Made by a program: the position numbers and the translations under genes. The notes beneath the pieces are model-generated. The model saw only the letters and a list, made by a program, of their open reading frames with translations, did no database searches and had not been told where the DNA came from. DNA of 64,000 bases, from sequence record PV231354.1, one strand, 5' to 3'. Below, piece by piece: positions 40,901-49,821 of the stretch (its first letter is position 1; each line of letters begins with the position of its first letter).

Positions 40901-43900
40901 GCATCTTCGGCGGCGGCGGCGGCTCCTCGCGCGTCTATGTCGACGACATCCTGCTTCTGGTCGCGGGCGGCGGCGGCGGCGGCGGCATCCATACGGCCAC
41001 GACCACCGCCGGCGGCGGCGGTGGCACGACGGGCGGCAACTCCGACACCGTCACGGTCTTCAACACCGGCGGCCAGACCTATCGCGGCGGCTGGAACACC
41101 GGCCGCACGACCGACGCGACCACCTCGGGCAGCGGTTTCAAGGGCGGCGCGGGCTATCTGGCAGGCAGCACGGCCTCGACCAGCAACATCGCCCATGGTG
41201 GCGGTGGCGGCGGCGGCCTCTATGGCGGTTCGGGCTCCGGTTCCACCAACGCCTCCTCGACCGGCTGGCTGGGCGGCGCCGGCGGCTCGGGCTTCGTCGC
41301 GGACGGCTGGGACGTCACCGAGTACGACTACCTGCGCGACTACGTGGTCTTGCAGTATAGCTTCGACACGCCCAGCGGCGTGGCCGACGATGCGCGCAAG
41401 CTGAACACCCTGCTGCTCGATACGGCCCCGACGACGACGACCTCCGGCCCGAAGTTCGGCACCACCTGCCTGACCATGTCTGCCGGCCACTTGACGACGG
41501 ACATCCCGGCGATCGGCCAGCAGGACTTCACCCTGGAAGGTTGGTTCAACCCCGCGTCCTTGACGACCGGGGTCATGATGATCATCGGGGACCAGAGCAT
41601 CAACGGCCTGTCCCTGCACTACTACCCCTCGGCCACGGTCCTGGGCCTGCGGTACAACAACGCCGATCCCTCGGGCGCCACGCTCGACACCAAGTACACC
41701 GACTCTGCGCGCGCCGCCAACGTCTGGGCGCACTATGCGATCTCGCGCGACATCAACGGCACGCGCGTCTACAAGGACGGCATCCTCGTCTCGACGACGA
41801 CCGGCTCGCCGTTCTCGATCACCGCCACCACCCTGACCCTGGGCAACTACCGGTCGATCGCGGGGGCCAGCACGCGCTTCGTCGGCAAGATCGACGAGGT
41901 GCGCCTGACGGTGGGTGTCGCCCGCTACCGCCAGAACTTCAAGCCCCAGCAGTTCCGCAACAAGCGCACCCTGGGCCTGACGGGTGCGAGCACGGTCCAG
42001 GCCGGCAGCAGCGGCAACGGCCTGCCGGCCTCCACGGGCGTCTCGGGCTATGCCGCCGGTCGCGGTGTCGGCGCGGCCGTCAAGACCACGCCCGCCAATG
42101 GCAACCCTGGCGGCGACGGGCAGATCAACTATTTCCTGGCGACCTCGACGGTCGCGGCGACGGGTCCGATCGGCACCGTCCAGGTCGGTGGACTGATCAC
42201 GGCCGCCGCCGGCGCCTTCTATCCGCTGCCGGCGGCCGGCACCACCGTCGTCCATCCCTATACCGGCTCGCGCTACAACTACTCGGTCGACGATCCGGGT
42301 GGGGCGCGCATCAAGGTCGAGATGTGGGGCGCGGGCGGCGGCGGCTGCTCGGCGACCAACTCCAGCACCTCGACGGGTGGCGGCGGCGGCGGCTATACCG
42401 TCTACGAGATGGACCTTGTCCAGGGTGACAAGATCACGCTCCAGACGCCGTCCGGGGGCTTCGGCTCCAACACCGCCGGCGGCAGCGACGCCTCGGGCAT
42501 CAATGCCGGCGGCTATCCCGACGGTGGCAACGGCTATCGCCCCGCCTTCACCGCGTTCAACGGCGGCGGCGGCGGCTCTGCGCGCATGTGGGCGGGCGGC
42601 GATCTGGCGGCCGTGGCGGGCGGCGGCGGCGGCGGCGCCTATGGCTCGGTCGCCTATGACTTCGCGGGCGGCCCCGGTGGCGGTTCGTCGGGCGGCTCGG
42701 GTGGCTACGACGGCGTCAACGCGACCTTCCCCAACACCGGCGGCACCCAAAGCGTCGGTGGCACGGGCACGCCCAACGGTGTCTCGGGCTCGTTCATGCA
42801 AGGCGGCGTGGGCGGCACCACGATCAGCGTCGCCAACAACGGCCCCGGCGGCGGCGGTGGCTATTACGGCGGCGGCGGCGGCGGCGCCTACAAGGCGGCC
42901 GGCGGCGGCTCGGGCTACATCAACACCACCCTGAGCGGCTATCGCACCGGCTCGACCTCGGGCGGCTCGGGCAACCTGCCGGGCGGCATGGGCTCGCCCA
43001 ACTACGCCTCGGGCATCGGGGTCGGTTCGAACGGCAAGGCGGGCGTTCGCGACGGCGGCAACGGCCGGATCGTCCTGACGGTCATCACGCCCACGCCCGG
43101 CAACGCCGCCGGTCTGATCGGCACCGTCAACGTCTCGGGCCTGAACACCTTCGGCACCCTGGTCGGCACCCCGACCGGCGCGATCGGCACGGTCAATGTC
43201 GTCGTCCCGGTCGGCACGTCCGGTCAGCCGGCCTTTGCGTCGGGCGTCCTGCCGGTCATCGGGCTGGGTCCGCCCGAGACGATCCCGCAGGCCCAGGCGA
43301 TCGTCATCGTTCCGATCAACGACCAGACCTCGCTCCTGGTCAGCCCGCCCGATCACGCGCCGTTCGCCATCGACGCCGAGGGCACGGGTGATCTGGGCAC
43401 GATCACCGTCACGTCGTTCAACTCGACCCAGACGGCCGCCGCCAACGCCACCCCCGCCCTGCCGACGGTCACGCTCACCGCGCCCGAGGCTGACGCGGTC
43501 GAAATCCCGCCGGTCCTGGCGTCGGGCGCGCTCGTCACCATCCCGGTCACCGCGCCCGAGGCGTCCACCCAGGTCATCCCCCCGGTCGAGACCAGCGGCG
43601 ACATCGGCACGATCACGCTCGTCACGCTCAACGGCGACGCCTCGACCAACAACAACGTCGCCACCTCGGGCGACATCGGCACGATCACGCTCACCGCGCT
43701 GGATGGCAGCGCCCAGGGTGATGATCTGGCCGAGGGCCTGATCGGTACGATCACGGTCACCGTCCCCACGGCGGTCGTTCAGCAGAGCGCCGAGGCGACC
43801 GGCGACATTGGCACCATCTCGGTCTACGCGATCGAAGGGGGTCAACCGGCTGACGCCAGCGGCGACATCGGCACGATCCAGATCGTCCCGCTGGGCGTCT

Positions 43901-46362
43901 CGGTCAACGCCAGCAGCGGCGACGACGTCAACCTCTACGTCGATCCGGGCCTGATCTATGTCGTGGCCCCGTTCGGCCAGGGCTTCTGGATTTCCGAGGA
44001 CAACTTCGTCCACGCCCTGCCCGATCCGCTGGTCGTGTCGGTCACCACGCCGACCGGCAGCGCGCGCGGCGACGTGCGCATGGTCGGCTCGTTCGCGCCG
44101 ATCATCCTGTCCAAGCTGGATGGATCGGCTGGCGGCGACGGCCTCGCCGAGCCCTATACGGGCGACTGGATCATCCTGGTCTCGCCGCCGGTTCCGCAAA
44201 CGGAACTGAACGCCAACGTCAACGTGGCGATGCCGCCGCCGATCGTCATCAACGGCAACGACGCGGAAGCCTCGCTCGACATCACCGTGCCGTTCAGCGA
44301 CACGGCGGTGTTCATCACCGGCCCCGAGGCGTTGGGTCTGGGCTTCCACGGCGGGCAACTGGGTCCGCCGATCCTGGTCACGCCCCCGGCGGGCGGCCCG
44401 GAGATCAGCGCCAACGGCATCGGCCAGATCGGCACGATCGGCGTTGAGCCGCCGCGCTTCCACTACATCCCGCCGATCACCGTCATCCCGCCCGAAGGCG
44501 TGGCGCTGGACGCCAAGTCGGCCCAGGCCTCCGGCTCGCTGGGCACGATCACCATCGGCGTGCCGACGGGCGGCTATCAGGCCGCTGTCGCCATCAACCT
44601 GCCGCTGCCGACGATCTTCGTCACCACGCCGCAGGCCATGGTCTTCGCCTCGGTCGCCATCAGCGGCGCCCTGAGCACGATCACGCTCACCCCGCCCGTC
44701 GCCAGCCTGACGGCCGGCGCGAACGCGTCCTTCACTCTGCCCGGTCCCATCGTCCTGACCTCGCCCGAGGCGACGGCGACGGCCGGCACGGCGGCCTCGA
44801 CCTCCGGCGCACTGACCACCATCACCCTGACGGCGCCGACTGGTTCGGTCGCGACCGGCAGCGCCGCCTCGGCCACCGGCTCGATCGGCACGATCACGGT
44901 CACGCCGTTCGACGGCAGCGTCTTCATCTCCTACCCCGGTTTTGCCACGGGCGCGATCGGCACGATCACCCTGACGCCGCCGGCCGCGACCGTCAGCAAC
45001 GGCCGTAACCTCTCGCTCGCTTTCCCCGGCCCGATCGTCGTCACCTCGCCGGTCGCCGTACCGCGCGGCTCGGTCGCCATCACCGGCACCATCGGCACGA
45101 TCACGCTCACCGCGCCCATCGGCACGGCGACCGGCGACACCATCTTCGGCACCGGCGACATCGGCACGATCACCGTCACGGGGATCAATGGCGCGGCGAC
45201 CGGGCGCGGCCTGGGCACGGGCGCGATCGGCACGATCGTCGTCACCCCGCCGGCCGCGACGCTCACCACCGGCGCCAACAAGTCCGTCGCCCTGCCCGGC
45301 CCGATCGTCGTCACCGCCCCGACGGGCGTGGGCCGCGTGCCCAGCGCTACCTCGGGCGCGCTCGGCACGATCACGATCACCAGCACGCCCGAGGCTACGG
45401 TCTCGGCCGGGCAGGGTCTGTCGGGTCAGATCGGCACGATCACGATCACCCCGCCCGAGGCGCAAGGCCAGGGCGCGGTCTTCATCCAGGCGACCGACGA
45501 ACTCGTCGTTCAGACCCTGCCGCCGCAGGCGATCCTCTTCCAGGAAGCCACGGTCATCGTCGGCTTCCCGACGATCTACCTTGTCGCGCCCGAGGCGATC
45601 ACCTACTCGCTGGCCGAGTTCGCCTCGATCACCCTGCTGCCGCCGGACGCCTATGTGACCGTGCCGCTGCCGCTGGGCAAGAACCGCATCCGCTATCGCC
45701 GCAACAACACGGCGGGACATGCGCCCGCGAGCCTGCTGCCCCACGAGATCGCGCTGAACGAGACCGACGGCCTGCTGTTCACCCGCGACGGCGCGGGCGC
45801 GGTCAAGTCCACGCCGCTGGGCTTCATGCACGGCGAAGGCCTTCCGCCGCCGGCCACCGACGATGGCAAGGTGCTGTCGGGCGGGATGTCCTGGGAGACG
45901 CCGTTCACCCAGTACCTGCTCCCGGTCCGCAACGCCCCGCCGGCCGGCGCGCGCATCGCCCTGGCCGAGGGCGTGGTCGGCACCACGACCTTCACGCCGA
46001 CGCTCGACGTCACCTACACCCGTCCGTTCTTCGTGGCCAAGACCATCGACATCCAGGCGCTGTCGATCGAGGTCGTGGGCACCGCCGTCTCGACGGCCGA
46101 ACTGGGCCTGATCGGCTGGTCGCTCACCGGCACGCCGGGCGCGGCGATCGTCACCGGCACGGTCAGCACCAGCACGGCGGGCGTCAAGTCCGCCGCCGGC
46201 ACGGCCACGGTCTTGACGCCGGGCTGGTACGCCGCCACCTTCAAGGTCACCGGCGCGGCGGGGGCTTCGTTCCGGGCTCCCACCACCCCGACGGCGATCG
46301 CGCCGGACTTCACCACCGCGCCGGGCGCGCCCGCGCCGGTCATGGCGACCCTGGAGACCTAA
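37945..46362 (+). CDS. Giant Gly-rich filament/fibre protein (candidate head filament)
   Basis: 2805 aa; five x-x-WG(A/G)GGGG Gly-rich domains, a LamG/concanavalin-like domain, many GxIGTIT repeats and a fibre adaptor motif (HEIALNETDGLLF). Confidence 0.8.
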   Translation: MVDLVAGTPASVAYSGSAVEYVVKAAGQVDIYLWGGAGSGGYYANGSGNANKFGGAGGYTNARFMVDVGDIITVEVGQGGRVPTGSGTTASAGGLGGWPDGGFGAINSGAAWVAPGGGGGSTRIYKNGDLVAVAGGGGGATGFYSGGNGGGALGMASTDASSGAGGTQLAGGVAGSGTLAVQSGGYFRGGQASTAANVSNAYTGGGGGGGFYGGASNGGGSGAHGSGGGGSGWLSQATDVAGACRVAPQDGTGAPINPAGITIPAGTAQGGVGPTVASTGWASITPGGNGFAYLALTDIGATASALPSGSSTLSYTGTRQVYEVTDICSVDFEMWGGGGGGGFYTSGGNAARFGGAAGYTKLTRILYPGDIVEVEVAQGGQAPSGVSQTGGAGGWPNGGSGGRPAAAAPNFGGGGGSTNVWVNGRLLAIAAGGGGSTGFYYGGVGGGRFGLQSTDQTTNNGTGGTWGGVNAVSSQGRGYFLQGGHGSPIESPTVAIATAGAGGGGGYYGGGGAKGGSGTHGSGGGGCGYTSGDNTYNRVMQAGTPATGAPYDPGTKPAGVGVGGTGGSSAGTTGPGGDGAINLTVTPLTSLPTLPTGKTVFSFTNAAEHYVAGTTGLMALKVWGAGGGGCTRSSGTLRRGGGGGFFKVDIVKINQGDIVTFVVGEGGKGMPGPNLGGRGGFPNGEYGNAGDATGGNAGGGGSSHVYINGKLVGVAGGGGGGAISFDGGTAGLASYPPSGDGFGPSGSSLFYGGFSPQRGAEGNNRGVFMLAGIGQIDGGTIDTPNNLAGGGGGGGYWGGAGSAPNNSRFQPGGPGSTYITANYVGTQQAGTTSGTNLSDPDWGSSASVGGQGSNTPGNSVTNGGHGRIVCSFDIPTLLNESVSANVPVASAVQTFMVGNDGTITLKAWGAGGGGSMMTANSGSELAGGGGYAAATLDLKKGQILRVYNGAGGNGAVYTSGVSGAFVGTGGPGGWPDGGQGGMHVSGIFGGGGGSSRVYVDDILLLVAGGGGGGGIHTATTTAGGGGGTTGGNSDTVTVFNTGGQTYRGGWNTGRTTDATTSGSGFKGGAGYLAGSTASTSNIAHGGGGGGGLYGGSGSGSTNASSTGWLGGAGGSGFVADGWDVTEYDYLRDYVVLQYSFDTPSGVADDARKLNTLLLDTAPTTTTSGPKFGTTCLTMSAGHLTTDIPAIGQQDFTLEGWFNPASLTTGVMMIIGDQSINGLSLHYYPSATVLGLRYNNADPSGATLDTKYTDSARAANVWAHYAISRDINGTRVYKDGILVSTTTGSPFSITATTLTLGNYRSIAGASTRFVGKIDEVRLTVGVARYRQNFKPQQFRNKRTLGLTGASTVQAGSSGNGLPASTGVSGYAAGRGVGAAVKTTPANGNPGGDGQINYFLATSTVAATGPIGTVQVGGLITAAAGAFYPLPAAGTTVVHPYTGSRYNYSVDDPGGARIKVEMWGAGGGGCSATNSSTSTGGGGGGYTVYEMDLVQGDKITLQTPSGGFGSNTAGGSDASGINAGGYPDGGNGYRPAFTAFNGGGGGSARMWAGGDLAAVAGGGGGGAYGSVAYDFAGGPGGGSSGGSGGYDGVNATFPNTGGTQSVGGTGTPNGVSGSFMQGGVGGTTISVANNGPGGGGGYYGGGGGGAYKAAGGGSGYINTTLSGYRTGSTSGGSGNLPGGMGSPNYASGIGVGSNGKAGVRDGGNGRIVLTVITPTPGNAAGLIGTVNVSGLNTFGTLVGTPTGAIGTVNVVVPVGTSGQPAFASGVLPVIGLGPPETIPQAQAIVIVPINDQTSLLVSPPDHAPFAIDAEGTGDLGTITVTSFNSTQTAAANATPALPTVTLTAPEADAVEIPPVLASGALVTIPVTAPEASTQVIPPVETSGDIGTITLVTLNGDASTNNNVATSGDIGTITLTALDGSAQGDDLAEGLIGTITVTVPTAVVQQSAEATGDIGTISVYAIEGGQPADASGDIGTIQIVPLGVSVNASSGDDVNLYVDPGLIYVVAPFGQGFWISEDNFVHALPDPLVVSVTTPTGSARGDVRMVGSFAPIILSKLDGSAGGDGLAEPYTGDWIILVSPPVPQTELNANVNVAMPPPIVINGNDAEASLDITVPFSDTAVFITGPEALGLGFHGGQLGPPILVTPPAGGPEISANGIGQIGTIGVEPPRFHYIPPITVIPPEGVALDAKSAQASGSLGTITIGVPTGGYQAAVAINLPLPTIFVTTPQAMVFASVAISGALSTITLTPPVASLTAGANASFTLPGPIVLTSPEATATAGTAASTSGALTTITLTAPTGSVATGSAASATGSIGTITVTPFDGSVFISYPGFATGAIGTITLTPPAATVSNGRNLSLAFPGPIVVTSPVAVPRGSVAITGTIGTITLTAPIGTATGDTIFGTGDIGTITVTGINGAATGRGLGTGAIGTIVVTPPAATLTTGANKSVALPGPIVVTAPTGVGRVPSATSGALGTITITSTPEATVSAGQGLSGQIGTITITPPEAQGQGAVFIQATDELVVQTLPPQAILFQEATVIVGFPTIYLVAPEAITYSLAEFASITLLPPDAYVTVPLPLGKNRIRYRRNNTAGHAPASLLPHEIALNETDGLLFTRDGAGAVKSTPLGFMHGEGLPPPATDDGKVLSGGMSWETPFTQYLLPVRNAPPAGARIALAEGVVGTTTFTPTLDVTYTRPFFVAKTIDIQALSIEVVGTAVSTAELGLIGWSLTGTPGAAIVTGTVSTSTAGVKSAAGTATVLTPGWYAATFKVTGAAGASFRAPTTPTAIAPDFTTAPGAPAPVMATLET

Positions 46363-46365
46363 GGC

Positions 46366-47034
46366 ATGTCGACCGACATCACCATGCCGCCTGACACGAC
46401 GATCTTCGCGGACGTCAAGCTCAATGGCGGCGCCGGCGCGCCCGTCGATCTGGCCGATGGCGAACTCTACATCGACGAGGCTGGACGCAAGCTCTATGTC
46501 GAGACCGTGGTCGGCGTCCAGCCGATCCCGCTCGACGTCGGCTACATCCCGCGCCGGCCCAGCGGCACGCCGCTCGACCACGTGGTCACCAAGACCGCCA
46601 CCGGCTCCGAGTGGGGGCCGCTCCAGGGCGGCGCGGGCGGCTCTCCGTTCGACGCGGCTGAGTTCCGCGTGCCGGGCATCGCGCCCACGGGCCTGGACAC
46701 GGTCGTTCTGCCGGGCGCGTCCGGTGGCATGGCTCTCTTCGAGATGCCGCTCCAGGACGTCCTCCTGAGCGTGCGTGTACACGCCTCCGCCGGCGTCGGC
46801 GCGGTAACCCTGGGACTCTACCCGTTCAACGGCTCCCTGGGCTCGGAAATCTTCGCCCAGACCCTGACGTTCACCGCGCCCGAGACCCAACTGGTGCCCG
46901 TCTCCCTGGCCTTGACGCCGGGGGTGTACGCCTGGGTGTGGACGGGGGCGTCCTCCGTGACTCTGGACGCGGTCAAGGGCTCCCTGCCCTGGGCGACGAG
47001 CGAGCAGGTCCACCCCGTGGCGATGAAGTTCTAA
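46366..47034 (+). CDS. Fibre-associated protein
   Basis: LADGELYIDEAGRKLY adaptor motif shared with its neighbours. Confidence 0.7.
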   Translation: MSTDITMPPDTTIFADVKLNGGAGAPVDLADGELYIDEAGRKLYVETVVGVQPIPLDVGYIPRRPSGTPLDHVVTKTATGSEWGPLQGGAGGSPFDAAEFRVPGIAPTGLDTVVLPGASGGMALFEMPLQDVLLSVRVHASAGVGAVTLGLYPFNGSLGSEIFAQTLTFTAPETQLVPVSLALTPGVYAWVWTGASSVTLDAVKGSLPWATSEQVHPVAMKF

Positions 47035-47810
47035 TGGCTATCCAGAACCCCCACTCCACCACGCCGGGCGTCATGCCCCACCTGACGCCGGGCGAGATCG
47101 GCGTCAACAAGGCCGATGACATCCTCTGGTTCCGGTCCGAGGGCCGCCGCGTGCCGATCATCCTGAGCGATCTGGATCGGGCGCCGCCGCTCGACGGCCT
47201 GACCGGCGCGCCGCTGACCCTGGAAGGTGGCCAGCCGATCTGGAACGCGCATCTGGCCCCGTCCTCCGTGGTCAATGGGCAGGTCAAGGTCGATCTGCCG
47301 CCGGCGACGGGCCTGCACGCCATGCCCAGCGTCCTGCTGCAAGGCCTGGGAGCCGATCGCGCCCTGGCGGCCAACGATCTGGACCTCTCGCCCTTCTACG
47401 TCCGGTCCGACTCCATCACCCTGACCCAGTTGGCGTTCAGCGTCCGCTCGGCGGGCGCGCCGGCCATGCGGGTGGGGATCGTCGACAGCTTCGGCGTGGT
47501 CCAGGCCGACATTCTGGTCGCCGCGCCCGTGGTGGGCGCCAACGTGGTCAACCTCTCGCCGGTGCTGACGCTCCAGCGCGGCGTCTACCGCACGATCCTG
47601 GCAACCACCGGCGCGGTGACGATCGGGGTGGTCACGGGCGCGCGCATGGAGCAGGGCTGGGACATCATCGGGGACACGCCCTCCTTCATCCACGGCTACA
47701 GCGGCTCGAAGAACACCGGCGGGGGGATCGGCAGTTTGCCGGGCCTGACCGCGCGGCGCTCGGGCGTGCCGGGTCAGGATCATTCGGTCCTGATGCGCTG
47801 GACGGCGTAG
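47034..47810 (+). CDS. Fibre-associated protein
   Basis: LTPGEIGVNKADDILWF adaptor motif; TAATG coupling. Confidence 0.7.
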   Translation: MAIQNPHSTTPGVMPHLTPGEIGVNKADDILWFRSEGRRVPIILSDLDRAPPLDGLTGAPLTLEGGQPIWNAHLAPSSVVNGQVKVDLPPATGLHAMPSVLLQGLGADRALAANDLDLSPFYVRSDSITLTQLAFSVRSAGAPAMRVGIVDSFGVVQADILVAAPVVGANVVNLSPVLTLQRGVYRTILATTGAVTIGVVTGARMEQGWDIIGDTPSFIHGYSGSKNTGGGIGSLPGLTARRSGVPGQDHSVLMRWTA

Positions 47811-47982
47811 TGGGGAGAGCCGGGTGGGGCTTTGTATCGCTGGGGGAGCGAGGGACGGGCCGCTCCCCGGCGGCCCACCCGCTCTTTATAGACGGCCCTT
47901 TCCCGGCCCGCAAGACGTGAATCTTGACATGGTGGAAGATCGGGGTTAACCTGCGCGCTCATCTGGAGTTTCGAGCGCCACC

Positions 47983-48246
47983 ATGGCTGAGCTTGTCCGC
48001 ATCTATCACCCTGAGACGAACGAGCCGTTCGACGTGATCCCGTCGACCGCCGAACGTCTGCGCCTGGGTGATGGTCCCGACGGGCTGGTCTGGCTCTCGC
48101 AGCCCTTCGAGCGCGTCGCTGTCGAAGCCGCGCCGGAAGCCCCCAAGGGGCGAGGTCGTAAGCGCGTCAGCGCGCCCGTCTCGGAAGAAGCCGAAGACGA
48201 CGGGTGGCGTGACGTGCCGACCGAGGAAGATCGCGAAGCCGCGTAA
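47983..48246 (+). CDS. Hypothetical acidic protein
   Basis: Downstream of late promoter 47914; codon bias. Confidence 0.75.
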   Translation: MAELVRIYHPETNEPFDVIPSTAERLRLGDGPDGLVWLSQPFERVAVEAAPEAPKGRGRKRVSAPVSEEAEDDGWRDVPTEEDREAA

Positions 48247-48290
48247 GGCGCTTCGTCTTCCACTCTGCTGAAATTCGGTCTCAGTCCCAT

Positions 48291-48366
48291 GTCGGTCTAG
48301 CTCATGGGGTAGAGCGGCGGTCTCCAAAACCGCGCGTGGCAGGTTCGAGTCCTGCGTCCGGCGCCA
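48291..48366 (+). tRNA. tRNA-Trp(CCA)
   Basis: Cloverleaf; loop CT-CCA-AA; encoded CCA end. Confidence 0.9.
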
Positions 48367-48370
48367 TTTC

Positions 48371-48445
48371 GCATCCGTAGTATATAGGTGATTACAGCGC
48401 GTTGCCAACGCGTAGAGTCGGGTTCGAGTCCCGACGGATGCTCCA
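48371..48445 (+). tRNA. tRNA-Gly(GCC)
   Basis: Loop TT-GCC-AA; U73 CCA. Confidence 0.9.
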
Positions 48446-48449
48446 TTTC

Positions 48450-48523
48450 GCGGGTATAGCTCAAAGGGAGAGTTGCTGCCTTCCAAGCAGAAGATGCGAG
48501 TTCGAGCCTCGCTATCCGCTCCA
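48450..48523 (+). tRNA. tRNA-Gly(TCC)
   Basis: Loop CT-TCC-AA; U73 CCA. Confidence 0.9.
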
Positions 48524-48831
48524 ACCTCGTGGTGAGGTGAGAACGCCCTCCTCATGCACCGCTTCGGCGGTAAAGTAGGCTCCAGCCGAAGAGATGCGGG
48601 ACCAGGGGACCCCGCCACCACGAACGAAGTGCGCCCCAGGTACGCCTCTGACCGAGAAAGCCCGCTGGCCGTGGGTGAAGTGTATGGTCAAGCGTCTGGG
48701 TCCCCGTCCGCCAGGACCGGCGAAGGCCATATGCGCCGAATTCCTGGACCGGATCGTAGGAGGGGAGCGTTGGCGCCGGCCCAGCAGGGAAGGGTGAAGA
48801 GCCCAGCCGGCAATTTTCTTCAACAACAAGC

Positions 48832-48860
48832 TTGACAGCCGTCGAGTTTCGTGAGAGCCT
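48832..48860 (+). promoter_or_regulatory. Promoter P1 (Glu/Asp tRNA unit)
   Basis: TTGACA-17-GAGCCT; closely similar to P2. Confidence 0.7.
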
Positions 48861-48870
48861 CCTCAACATT

Positions 48871-48933
48871 ATGACGCACCTCCTCACCCGTTACGAACGC
48901 GAGGCCACCGGCCTCGATACCACCACCGCCTAA
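48871..48933 (+). CDS. Putative leader peptide 1 (MTHLLTRYEREATGLDTTTA)
   Basis: Starts just after the predicted TSS; contains GAA, GAG and GAT codons; followed by hairpins, then tRNA-Glu and tRNA-Asp. Confidence 0.5.
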   Translation: MTHLLTRYEREATGLDTTTA

Positions 48934-48965
48934 AAGCGGTTTTGGTCCGAGGCCTCTTGTGATGT

Positions 48966-49043
48966 GGCCCGGTCGTCTAGCGGTTTGCAGGATTCCTGAC
49001 TTTCAATCAGGAGAGCGGAGTTCGAGTCTCCGTCGGGCTTCCA
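48966..49043 (+). tRNA. tRNA-Glu(TTC)
   Basis: Loop CT-TTC-AA; CCA end. Confidence 0.9.
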
Positions 49044-49068
49044 CACCCCCAACTCATCTCTGAGCTTT

Positions 49069-49143
49069 GGTGCCGTCGTATATGGGTTATTATCACCGGC
49101 TGTCTCCCGGTGGAAACGGGTTCGAGTCCCGTCGGCATCGCCA
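49069..49143 (+). tRNA. tRNA-Asp(GTC)
   Basis: Loop CT-GTC-TC; G73 CCA. Confidence 0.9.
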
Positions 49144-49191
49144 GCCCTCGCAGCAAATCCAGGTTCCAGCGCGGCTGTTCCGCGCGCCTGC

Positions 49192-49428
49192 ATGCACGAG
49201 GCTACCATGTTTTTCGATCCCTCCTCGCAGTCGAGCGACGCGCTCCTGCGCCACGTCTCCACCCAATCTCCGTATGCGGAAGCGGCTCGCACCGAGTTGC
49301 TGTCCCGAGGCCTCGTTCCGCTCCTGACGCGGTTCAACGGCTGGCGCCTCGCCCCGAGCGCGCCGTTTCCGCAGCACCTCATCCCGCGCCCCGATCCGCT
49401 CGCGAAGTACACGTGGCGGGCGGGATGA
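49192..49428 (+). CDS. Hypothetical protein inside the tRNA array (start may be 49207)
   Basis: Fills the gap between tRNA-Asp and P2. Confidence 0.55.
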   Translation: MHEATMFFDPSSQSSDALLRHVSTQSPYAEAARTELLSRGLVPLLTRFNGWRLAPSAPFPQHLIPRPDPLAKYTWRAG

Positions 49429-49447
49429 AAAATATTCACCACGACGC

Positions 49448-49476
49448 TTGACATCCGTCGGGAGTTGTGAGAGCTT
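49448..49476 (+). promoter_or_regulatory. Promoter P2 (Pro/Thr/Lys/Leu/His/Ala/Ser tRNA operon)
   Basis: TTGACA-17-GAGCTT. Confidence 0.75.
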
Positions 49477-49569
49477 ATGGACTGTCACGGATCACGACAC
49501 TCCTCGGAGTGCAAAAGCGTGATCCTTCGTTTTTCACGGCCGCCAGCGGGTGGCCAGTCGAGAGTTGTC

Positions 49570-49707
49570 ATGTTCGCCTTGTCGCATCTCAGCCTGAGCA
49601 CGAAAGCCGCCTCCCCGGCGACGCTTTCGCTTGCCCTGCTGGCGACGGCCGCGAAGCCCTCGACCAAGCCGACCACCTCGGCCTCGCACTCGACGGAGAC
49701 CCACTAG
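49570..49707 (+). CDS. Attenuator leader peptide 2 (MFALSHLSLSTKAASPATLSLALLATAAKPSTKPTTSASHSTETH)
   Basis: Codons 3-42 encode only A, L, S, H, T, K or P, the seven amino acids of the downstream tRNAs. Confidence 0.85.
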   Translation: MFALSHLSLSTKAASPATLSLALLATAAKPSTKPTTSASHSTETH

Positions 49708-49809
49708 GGCTCTCGTCTCGGGTGCAGGCCTTGGAGCCGCACCCGCTACCTACATCCTGTAGACCTAGCGCAAGGCGGCTCCTCACCAGGGAGACCGCCT
49801 TTTCTTTTT
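49680..49809 (+). terminator. Attenuator 2: alternative hairpins and intrinsic terminator
   Basis: Terminator AAGGCGGCTCC/GGAG(A)CCGCCTT + TTCTTTTT (49772-49809); antiterminator GGAGCCGC (49733-40) pairs with GCGGCTCC (49775-82). Confidence 0.85.
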
Positions 49810-49821
49810 CGCGTTGATCAT

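Noticed and set aside
37882-47013. 3043-aa minus-strand ORF (also 33373-36939, 30920-33076, 19804-22350 and 59891-63844)
   Set aside because: These are shadow frames of high-GC genes on the plus strand, with Arg/Gly/Ala-rich nonsense composition and no motifs.
48525-48830. RNase P, tmRNA or group I intron identity
   Set aside because: Only fragmentary resemblances in the wrong order, with no tRNA-like ends or tag frame; kept only as an unassigned ncRNA candidate.
49477-49569. N-terminal extension of leader 2 from ATG 49477
   Set aside because: This ATG abuts the predicted -10 hexamer and so lies upstream of the likely TSS; the matched composition starts only after ATG 49570.
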